From Botryllus schlosseri (Eukaryota), in contig CM119371.1 of the NCBI GenBank assembly GCA_051294905.1, positions 12,774,001-12,838,000 of the forward strand: a stretch of DNA of 64,000 bases, read 5' to 3'. Positions 10,218 to 22,200 of the stretch are shown here, in pieces. The notes below the pieces were generated by a model, which saw only the letters and a list, made by a program, of their open reading frames with translations, was not told where the DNA came from and ran no database searches. Position 1 is the first letter of the stretch, and the number at the start of each line of letters is the position of its first letter. The position numbers and the translations under genes are program-made.

Positions 10218-13200
10218 TCAACGGTAGAATATGAGTATAGTAGACGACATATCAGATGATACCGAACTGTTTCCATATGCTTCATCCCAACCTGATTTAC
10301 GAAAGATAATATTAAATTGAAGGCGGTTTAAATCGTGTGACAACATTGCGAGAGTAACTTTATTACTTCTTCTGTGTTGTAGCATGAACATGTTATAACA
10401 AAGAAATATATGATTCCTAACTACTACTTGAGACGCACACGAACTATTCATTATTAAAGAACCAAATAATATTATTTATATAATAGTTAATAATATGTGA
10501 CCATGAAAAGAGTCTTGAAGAAAGGCCGTAGTTGGCGTAGGAGATTACGGTGATGTGTGTCTTCGACAATCAAATAGGCTACTTACCGGTTTTCGTTATA
10601 CCAAATGCAGGTCAGCAATTAAAATACCATGATCCATAGGTCGGATTCTATTGACTGCTTACCAGCAAAGTCACCGCATGTTCCACGAGTCGTAATATCA
10701 TTTGATATTCCCCCAATGCACACGTCTTCCGGTCTCGCCGTTGTGAGAAGACTGAATAGGAATTATTTTAGGTTTCAAGTAGCCTACTAATCCAATGCAA
10801 TTTTGTCTTCGTTGAACAGGACAGATGGGAATAGCACATAACAAAAAAACTATGAAGACTTCACTCGACTATGCCATTTATCGAAATTCGAAACGATTTT
10901 GTGGAAGTAATGTTACAATTATGACAATATGAATTGACGACGAAACAACGGTACAAATACGATACTGTTATCATTAGTGCTGACAAAAACAGTTGAAAAT
11001 ATTTCATTTTTTTGAAATCAAGTACAAATTCTTCCAATTGAATTATTCGAAAAATCTGTAACTGACCCCTTTGATATTTCGAATCAACTAAATGTCCGGC
11101 AATAAAGACAATTCCCGTTCACCCTAATTAAGACACAGTCCTGCATTAGCATTATGCAAGTATTGCTACGTACCTGAATCCTGGACATAGTGCGTTTGGA
11201 TATCCTCCGTAGTTGTAGGCTCGAAACTGCATATTTCCCGGAACAATGAATCGGTTCATGTAGGAAGGTATCCGATTTAGAAGATTTACTTCTGAACCTT
11301 TGTCAAATGTAACTGGCACGGTAACTGTTGCCATGTCGTGCCATTCTTAAAAACAAGTTTAGCGATAACATATTTGCGTGCATCGTACTTTCGATGCATG
11401 GGTTGCATTAGTATATTGGTAATATTTGACTTATGCCTGATGCACACTGGCCTAGCGGCGCAACTCAAATTCGAATCGCCTGCTATGCTGCGCACAATAA
11501 TTCTACTACTCGATTGTGAATCGATTCTCGACCTGGACTCGAGTCATTGCGACCGACATTTCATTGTAATTTCAAAGAATAGTAAAATAACCACACTATT
11601 GGGATGCCGTCTATTGGTACTGGTACTTGAAAATGCGACCAGAAACTGCTAAAGGTGGGGAAATGAGTATATTCTAAATGTGAACCATTCGATATCACCA
11701 AACAGAGTTATAAAATGCGGGATTAACTAGCAGTCAACACAATGACTTGGACTCGGGCTCGAGTCATAATACCATGACTCGAACTCGTCTCTCACTTTAC
11801 TGACTTGGACTCGGACTTGACTCGGGGGCGAATTAAAAATGACTCGACTTGACTCGTGTCTAAACTATAAAATTGAGATTGACTTGGGACTCGGAGTCTT
11901 GGTTGCAACCCTTAACTCTATGACCTGTTTACACTGATGGTATCGACTGCTTAACTGTTTAAGACTAAAATAACACCATATGCTTTCATATTAGGCTCAT
12001 ATTGCTTTCACTCAGCCGTTACCATTCGGCTTTCAGTTTTCATTGAACTTCATACTGCCCATTGATATAACATTTGACCGAGTCTTACCGTCCATAAGAT
12101 ACGGGAAAACGGTGACTCGTTGCAGCATCTGTGCGGTGATATCATCAATTTCCGATTGATTGTAGGCCTGTCCTCCATTTCTATTTAGATGAGAAAATAT
12201 GTCATTGTTGCCCGAACAACCCAAAATTAGGTGAATCTATTGGTCGCGTTTAAATATTGTCAACATCTTTAGACACAGAAATTTAGAGGGCATACCTTAC
12301 TTTATGCAGGGCTGTCAAACTCGACTGGCGTCGTGGGCCGGATTTAAACCTTGAAATCGCTCGCGGGCCGGACCATTCAAATGGTCCCAATATGCTACCG
12401 CAAAATCGACACCCTCGCTTTTTCCATGAATATTTTATTATCAATCGTATCCTACGGATCATAGGGTGGGTTATATTCCAGCTACACATTCATTCGCAAA
12501 CAACGGAATTTCGAAAATAAAATCTAAGATTGGTCGTTTGAATCGAACCTATAAAACACTGACTCTAACGACGGATAAGTTGGCAAATGTCTATGTTCCC
12601 TTTGTTTTAGTCGTACTCTGGCGTTAACTGTGGGTGTATACGTTGTGAGAAATACAACAGATTAAATTGTAAACGCGGACATTAGAAATTGGTCCTTCAT
12701 TATTAAAACGCGTTTAGGGTTTCTGTGTCTATCTTGAACCTTTTAAGTCAGACGTGATACAGTAGTGCGACGAAATGTACTTTAATTGTACTCTTTTGTT
12801 ACTATTATATTATCCATGCGACCTGTATATAACAGTTTCGCTGTGGCTTTTCCGCTTCTGCAAATAACTACTTTTGGGTTCATTCTCCCATAAAAATCTG
12901 AACTCTGTGTCGCGGAAGTTGATGTCAGTGTCACTAATTTGTTTCTGATCGTGACTATATAACTATAACACCGCTGTAGGATGATCATGATGGGGCCTCT
13001 GATCTTGACATTTGCTCCCTTGTGGGCAATATTACTTACAATAAGATTTCAACATTTGTCAGTAATGTGCTGGATATCACAGGCATTTTTAATCTACTCA
13101 GAATTGTTTTGCGGGCCAGATGAAATCGTCTGGCGGGTCGGATGCAGCCCGCGGGCCGTATGTTTGACACCCCTGCTCTACGCGCTAAGATGTTTAATAA

Positions 13201-16200
13201 TGTAATGGTGTTGAATTTTCATTCTCGTTACTTATCGGTACACTTCTTTAACTGTAATTGCCTTGTAATGGCCTCCCATGTAGTGGCCTTGTTTCAAGCT
13301 TAATATGGTATATATCTTTTGCGAACAGTCACGAAGTTTGTGGCATAAAAATAGAATAAGAATAATGTAAGGTTCAAGTATACCTTGTCTCAAAATTATC
13401 CAAGCTTCAAACTCCGTATCTTCATATATATCAATAGTTCTCAGACTATTGAGCGACAGACTCATTTGTGGGTCACGGTCATGAATTATTATCCACCAGG
13501 ATATATTATACAGTTAGCATATCGGATTGTTATGACATCTTCTAATTATGATTAAAATGAGGTTGAGTGTTCACGTAGTCGGTGTTTCATTTGGACGAAA
13601 CGAAACTGTCCGCAACTAAAATCGGCAGATTGGACAACATGTTAAACAAAGTCAACCAGGTTGAAATGACCGATTTAGTGGGAACATCATGATCAAACCA
13701 ACAAGAAATATGAAAGGGGCCCTGCACTATAAGTATGATGTTGTCTCAAAATGAAAATAAAATTGGGAAAGTGAGCATAGCACACGTGCGATTTCTGCGG
13801 TATGGCGGTTATTTGTCATCCGGCGTCATTAATTATAAACAGAGGTGGTCAGTAACGAAGTACTTCTACTTTTTCGAAGTACTCAAGTAGTTTTACTCCA
13901 CTTCTGGTACTTACTCAAGTAGATAGAATCTCCGCTACTTCTACTTCTACTTCGTAAAATTTAGTGATCCAGTTACTTACTTTTCGCTATTTTCAGTTTG
14001 TCAAGTAGAAGTAGTGTAACCATCCTAGAGAAACTTGGGAATTGTCGGGCTGTTTTCACGGAGCTCTAACTTTCAATTTTAAGAAAATTTAGATCAGACC
14101 CAGAATTTCCGTCGCGCTTCACATCTAGTAGATTTAGAGTTACAAATAAGTTTTCACGAAAGTGGATATTAGTTAGGTTGCACGTTGGATTGCACCGCAT
14201 TGTCGCCCATATGACATATTTGATCACAATAAATATGGCCCTGCGTAACTTTTGAAAATATCGTTTCGCAATCTAGCTTTTACCCATCATATCGCAATCT
14301 AGCAGCCAATCATGGCGTGTGCTATTCTGGAAAAGTGGGCTCTCACTTGTTGAGCGTTGAATCTGTTTTAGCAGCCCACCGTTAAAACTGTCTCGACAAA
14401 AGACATAAAATAGATTTTGCGCTTTTCTGATGTAGTTCTAGTTCAATTCACAGTATCACTACTTAGAGTTCTAATTAGTCGGAGTTCTTTCGTCTGGAGA
14501 ACATACATGTTCTAGTTTAAAAGCAAGTGTATCATCGCCGTCTATTTTCCTAAAATACAATTACACTATATGGTATTTTTACGTTGCGCCATATTGTTTT
14601 TATCTAGGCTTACCATACGTCCTCTTTTTTGACTTTTTTGAAAGTGTCCTCGGAGGACGCCCTTTTGTCCTCTTTTTTGAGATTTTGTCCTCTTTTTTAG
14701 GATTTAGAGCAGATTTAGAGCAAACTGCGAGGGATATGCCACATATTAGCACAGACGTGAAGCTCCGACGGCTGAAAAACGGTGATTTTAGCTCTTAGCG
14801 AAAAGATGACCTTTTTTTTTTTTTTTTTTTAGGCTTCCAACTGGCGATGTGGAGTAAAAAACGTTATTTTGAGTTCTGCGCGGAGAAGATGACCTCTTTT
14901 TTTTTTTTTTTTAGTCAACCGATCACAAAGTGGGGAGTAATTAACCGTATTTTGAGAATTTCACTCCGGTTCTGCGACTTGCAAATTTCTGAAAAAGTGT
15001 CCTCTTTTTTGATTTCCAAAATATGGTAAGCCTATTTTATCATCACATACGAATCGCGCAAAGTCTTAACATCGTGTCCATACAACTTCTCCGCATTGTT
15101 CTTCGACTAAACTGAAGGCCATAATATGCGCGAGGAAACATGCCGACATTTTCTAAAACGGGATGTTCGATTAAAGAAAACATTGTATATCATTTCCATA
15201 GCAAAACTATCATTTACATCTCATGATTCGGTCGAATGCTCATGCTGTCGGACATTTATACTGTCTGGGATGCATAAGCTCTCTGCACCTTTTGTATATC
15301 TCAATTTGCAGCTTTTGAAAGTCTATGCGAACGTATAATGACCGTTTTCAAAACTACTTACTTACTTGAGTAGATTTAAAGCCAGCAAATTCTACTTCTA
15401 CTTCAAGTAGGTAAAGGTGGCTTATGGAAGAAGTACTTCTACTCGTACTCGAGTAGATTTTTGCGTCGCTACTTCTACTTCTACTTGAGTAGCTTTCCTG
15501 ACTACTTTGACCACCTCTGCAAACGACCTCAATCTTCGTGTCCAATTCTGCCAGGTGTTGCGTGGAAACATATTGAAACTTGTAACATGAATGTATTCAT
15601 GCATTATCATTCATTATTCGTACCGGGCGAAGCTAGGCTGTGTGTGACCGGTACTGTGCCAACGCTTTCTGATCTGATGTAGATGTTTATATGACGAATG
15701 CCTAACCCAAAACAATGGCATGGTGTATTTAGGGGGTGCCAGTTGTGCCTCATTAATCTTGATGTAGAAATATGATAATATTTTCGTTCTGCGGTTGATT
15801 CGCTGTAGGGTCCTCTTTTTAATATTCATGGTGAATTTGAAAATGTCTTTGAGAAATTTTGATCGTATCATGAGATCGAAAGGCATTTGTCCAGTTTAGC
15901 GGTGAAGAGTAAACCGAAGACCACTATTGTGATTACATATATTTATATGTTTCAAGGAAATGAGAGTTCGTGCTCTTGCATCATACATGGAATATAAGTG
16001 AGTGACGCCTCATAGCCTATAGCTAGTAAAAGGGGACTATAAGAAGGAGGTCTCGTCCAGATACTGCAACAGAGATACAATACGTGCCGGAAGTCGATAA
16101 CGCTGATAATTAACAGTAACCTCGACACTACAGAGAACGTATAGTCTATTATAGTGCATTTTTTTCAGCTGAAGTTCAAATACGGTCGCTTTCTAGAAAA

Positions 16201-19200
16201 AATGACTGCTATTAATATAATTTTCCAAATATTATCTTTAATTCGAGACCGCATTATATTTAGAGCGCAGTGCATTGTTCGAAATCGCTATTCGACCAAG
16301 ATTTTTATTATTCTTAACTAATCAGTTATGGTTCGTTTTTGTCCATCCATGGAAGTTACATTTGGTATCTAGTATAGATGTTCATCGATCCATGCATTAA
16401 TGCTGTTAGTGGAAAAACACCTTGCGCCTACCTGGTTAGCAAAGTGTAACCAAACAAAATCCGAGATTGCCGACCCTGAATACGATAGCTTGCGTAGCAG
16501 TCAGACTCCTGGGATTTGATAAACTGAGATGGTGGTATTGATCTCCAGTCCTGGGGAATATATATAGAAATATTAAAATGTCGTTGACATTCTTATGATT
16601 ATACTGTAACAGCATTTGCAATTAGTCTGAGCATACCTTGTCGTTTGAAATATAAAAGTGAATACGACATTCGGACTTTCGCGTTGTACCCAATGGCGTG
16701 AACTGGATGGCATGATACTGCATGATGAAGTCTCCATTCGTCACATTGTTCTGGAATCCAGTCGTTTTGAACAGCTTACAACGTGTACCCATCCCCTATA
16801 ATAACATCAAATAATTCTAAAGATACAAAGAGTGTCCGCGAATAGGATCTAACTGCGATCTCGTGAATCTTTGATTTTCCTATGTCGTTTCTTATAGCCA
16901 TAAGAAAGGTGAATGGCGTAGTCAGAGCGCTGAAAGAAATTTCATCTAAATCTTCACTTCTGAAAAATAAACGGTACATAGAATAATCGTGGCAGTACGG
17001 ATTAATCATGCATAATGATATAGGTCGTAGTCGTTGACAGTGACTTATAAGTAGGGCTGGGCGAAATCGAGTACCTGAGTGATTCGATTCTGAATCACGT
17101 AATATGCTTCGAGTCGAGTCGAGTAATCGAGTATCACTCGTTATGACGTCATATTCGAATGTAATATGTCAAAGCTCTAATATGTACCTTTTATGCGATC
17201 TCAAAGAATATAATGCCTGTTATCCATCGCATTAAAGATACTTTGGTATTATTCAACCATACCGATTTCATTGCACTTGGTGACAATGTTGTGGGATGAT
17301 CATGACTTCAGAAACATGCTATTCCCAGTAACGTTGGTAGCTTTGTACTACATGTTACGTATGATACCATACGGGCAATCAATGTTTCAAGGCTCCAACA
17401 GTGAAAATTAGTATCGAAACTATAATTCTCGTTGATAAATTAACTTTCAGTGGCGAGAAACGTATAATTTCAGTACTCGAAAAAATCGACTTTTACTACT
17501 CGACTCGAATCATTAAAATTAATACTCGATTCAGATTCGAGTACTCGAATCATTGTGCCCAGCCCTACTTATAAGCAATGTTCCCTCTAATTTTTCACGA
17601 GTCTGCGCAAATACGCCAACTCACTGCGCAGGCCCTTGGACAACAGTGCGCAACCAGGCCCCCCATAGGGTGATAAACCGAACTTCTGGGGGGCTTCGCC
17701 CCCCAGACCCCCCTCGGGCTGCACGCTTTCCCCCGCTACTAATCATCTGTGTCTGGTATTCGTTTGGTGGGCGTTCCAACTAAACGCGCGAAGCGCTAAA
17801 ATTTTCTATAATTCATGATCAAATCGGTCAATATCATCGAGAAATGCATATATTTCTATCAATTTTAATCCTGTCTCTGCTCACGTAATCACATTTGCAG
17901 GTAAAGCTGATCGAGTGAGATGTGTTAATAGTATAATTGCTCGCTCGTGAAGCGTAAAATACCGGAAGTCAAGAATGTTGCATTTCGAAGCCAGAAACGC
18001 AGCATTTCGAGCTAGCTAGCAGTCGAAAATCAGCCTATGGAGCTTCGGAAAAGCGCCATTGTGGTGCTTCATGGACGTGCATTGTGTATTTCGTGGAACT
18101 AATTACACTGTATATCGTGCATATTGTTGATTTTCCACGATCGGTTTTGAAAACAGGTGTTTTTAATGTGTAGTGACCTACATATTCCGCGGGGACAAAT
18201 GACTATGGTATCCTGTCCACTGAATCACTATAGTGGTTATATCGCGAATTGTTTCCCGTGGAACAGGTTGGTCTAGAAGTGGTCCGTGAGCGTACACAAT
18301 ACGAACCAAATACAACCGCTCAGCGCAAATCTGACTCACTGTGTTAAGTAGCCTATATCACGAATCACAGATGTATACATTTAATGTGTTTATGAGGCAC
18401 CTGTAATCAAGCTCTTTACAAAAACACGAACAATTTTATCATTCTCACATTTTTTATCACCAAAATAATTTAGATACTGTTCAGTTGAAAAACCTTGAGA
18501 TCTTTTAATTAAATATGAAATACAATGATCAGCGCACATATCAGATTTTTTACTTTGAAGCTGTTGCCTGGTAACGGTGAAGTCCTCTGGACCTAGAAAC
18601 TCGACTATCTGAGGTTTTAGGGGTGGGATCATAACCATGTTAGCTTTAAACACGCTTCTACTATATATGTGTAGATTTCGCGCCCCCTTATCGTCATATC
18701 ACAAAACGCAACCAGCATGCTATAGCCAACCTAACGGATAGTTTGGTGGCATGGGAGGTTACGACTATTGATGAGAGATTTTTAAATATGAAATTCATAC
18801 TAAAATACAGAGCTATAATTATGAATTGGAAGTAAATCGCGCGGAGCGCGAGAAAATTTTTCAGTTGAGCTCAGCGTCGCGATCCCCTTCAGATGCTTTC
18901 ATGACCTCAAGGGGCACGGGTCCCCCAGGTTGAGACCCACTGCCTTAGAATTATCATGGTGAAATATAGCCTACTAAGAATAAGTTTAATCAAGTCCCCG
19001 CATTAATTCGATTTTTAGTACACATTTTATCAATATTTTAGTAAGTTTCTTCAGACTCTCGCGGGCCGCTCAGTCTAGATATCCCTGAAAGAAGGTTTGG
19101 TTACTTCTTGTGACTTTAATTGTAACGGTATAATTTGCTACTTTGACTTTACTTCGAATCTGGATTAGGCATGTGAGGTACGTATAGGCTGCGTAATCGC

Positions 19201-22200
19201 GGCATGTTAACGAATGGGCTTGATAGTAAACGAATTTCAGCTTCAATTTATACATCCTATGGTTTTAGTCCATACACAGCAACATTAAAAAGTAGGTTTT
19301 ATATTTTCAATTTCAAGCAACCTTTCGCGGGCCGTACAAAATAGCTCCGCTGGCCGAATTTGGCCCGCGGGTCGCACTTTGCTCAGGCCTGGTATAGGGT
19401 ATCTTGGGTTTGGAGACGTGAATAAGACTTTAGATCAGTTCATCATCTCCCATCCACTACTACCATGTGCATCGTAGTGCTCCGACAAGGCAAACGTTCG
19501 TTTAATCCGGAAAGTCGTCATTTTGTGGCTATTTCCCTGAAAAATTGCGTTAAATAATCCCCAAAGGCAACACGCTTTCAATATCAAATACTGCCCCTCA
19601 ATATCCCCTCTAATTTTTCACGAGTCTGCGCACACTCAACAACTCACTGGCGCGGTCCCTCGGAAAACAGTGCGTAACGACAGAAAAAAAGGTCATCACT
19701 TCGGCTTTCTTGTGCGCGGGATACGTTTTTCTGTGCGCGGAGACTTCGTCAGCAGTGCGCGGCCGCGCACGCGCGCAGCTTAAAGGGAACATTGCTTATA
19801 AGTCGAAGCGTATGGTCTGGATATCACGATACCTTGGGCCAGTATCCGCCGCATGTACGGAGTTCGCTCTCATAAGCTTTATTAATAATTTCAAACGCAT
19901 AGTTCCAAATCAATCGTGGGAAATTATGCAACTTTTTGATCTTCCCGACTTCCATTATGAAGACGAATGATGGGAATTCTCTTCAACGCCTAAACACATC
20001 ATAATTAGGGCTGGGTACAATGATTCGAGTACTCGAATCTGAATCGAGTATCAATTTTAGTGATTCGAGTCGAGTAGTAAAATACGATTTTTCGAGTATT
20101 GAAATTATACGCTATACGCAACTGAAAGTTAATTTACTAACGAGAATATCAGTTTTGATGCTAATTTCCACCATGGAGGCCTCGAAACCTTGATTGGCCA
20201 TGTCGCAGCATACGAGACATATTACAAAGCTACGCACGTTACTGGAAACAACACATGTCCGAAGTCATGATCATCCCACAAAATTGTCAAGAAGTGAAAT
20301 GAAGTCGGTATGGTCGAAAAAATACCAAAAGTATCTTTGATGTTACGGATAACAGGCATTATATTCTTTGTGATGGCATAAAAGGTACATATTTGAACTT
20401 TGACATTGTACATTATGCTGTGACGTCATAATGAGTGATACTCGAATACTCGACTCGACTCGAAACGTAATGCGTGATTCAGAATCGAATCACTCAGTTG
20501 CTCGATTTTGCCCAGCCATATCCTAATTCCGAGAGATCGGACCCTATATGTCAATATATATACATATATAATATGTATATATGGATACGAATTCGCAAAA
20601 CACGAGCCTAGTTATGGGGTGGGCAATTCTTGACAAGCGAGCCGTATGCAATCTTTCATGAACCCGCTGCGGCACTCCATAGGCTTAAAGCAAAAAAAAA
20701 TGTATATTTCATGGATAATTTTATGAAATCATATTTTATGTATATATTGTCTATAACATTAATTCCCAAGCGCGGCCCCGCGGGCAGCATGCGGCCCCCA
20801 GCTAGCCTTCTTGCGGCCCCAAAAAATATTAAGAAATCGAGTTTATGACAAAAAATTAAATTGATATTTATAAAATACACTAGCATGGCTTGGAGTCTGG
20901 AGTTTTTAATTAAGATTGCAGGAAAGTCGTGAGTAGACTGCTATCGTTACTTCCAGTTGAAGGAGCAGTAGCTAGAGATATAGGTAAAGACAGGACTGTA
21001 ACTGCCGCACGCCAAACCCTCAATGAAGGGGGGGGGGGGGCGAGCTCGAACGGGGCTCAAAATTATTTCGTGAATTAGCATAAGTTATAGAGTACTTTTT
21101 GGAACATTTTTACATCTTTTTCAATTTTTTGTTGCTGTGGGCGTGATTTCATGCTGCCAAATATCTTGATTTTTGGGTGCTCATCCCCAAGAAAAAATGC
21201 GCAAGATTTACAGAAATGGGCATTGGGCATATCGGCGTTAGCCTGACGAAGTGCTGTTTCGTTCCTGCCAACGGGTAGGCCTATATACGCCCGAAGATAT
21301 TTAATTATTACTGAGGGACCCTACCATTAAACACACTTCCCTCGGCTCTAGCAGAGAGAGGATAAAAATTGATGGCAATACATATGCAATTCCCGATCAT
21401 ATTGACCGATTCAATCGTGAATTACAGAAAATTTTCGCGCTTCGCGCGTGTACGCGATAAAACCTGACTCGCTAACTCGCCCCGAAAGCAGTATAATTGG
21501 TAGTCCTATAGATCACGACCGAAGCGTCCGCATAATTTGATAGGTCCGGTCTTTATCGGAAGCTAGTTTCGCACTGATTCGAAAAATGCAAATTGAAATC
21601 TCGCCAGGGCAAAAAAACTACTCCGAAGTAGCCTCCAAAGGTCGACTGTTCTAAACAATGGGAGCGCACCAACACAATGACCATACAATGGCCAATGGCG
21701 TCAAGTGATTGATCGGAACAATGCCAATTTTCATATTATGACGACATTTTGGGTCCGTTTAATTGCCCTGGTATTCGTGCGGCCCCGACCGTGCTCTGAA
21801 ATTATAAATTTGACCCTCACACCGAAAAAGTTTGGGAACCACCGGTCTATAAGCTATGATCGTGTAAGTTTTAAAGTTGTTTTCTCATTTTACTGAAGTT
21901 GTCAAGGTTTTACTTTGAGATTACATATGTAGTTTACTTAGGTAGGACTAAATTACAACAGTGGTATGATTTTAATCTAGGAATGAAACAGATCGTGCGT
22001 CTTATGATTGGTTTTATGTGAACGGGAATAGGTTCAAATGGCGCTTTGTGTTGATGGTTTTCAACCTTGGGCACAGATAAGAAAAATATGATACCTATAG
22101 ATATAGGTAATGAGCAGGACCATTTTTATATGACCTTAAAAAATCAATTATATGACTTTATTTTCGGGAAAATATGACTTTATATGACTTTATGCGAAAA

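Noticed and set aside
12782..12988. Minus-strand ORF after a cag acceptor-like site
   Set aside because: Lies inside MITE 12307-13175 and has the wrong phase.
13232..13465. Minus-strand ORF as a further lectin insert exon
   Set aside because: No acceptor gives a compatible open phase, and 16432 already joins 12180 in frame.
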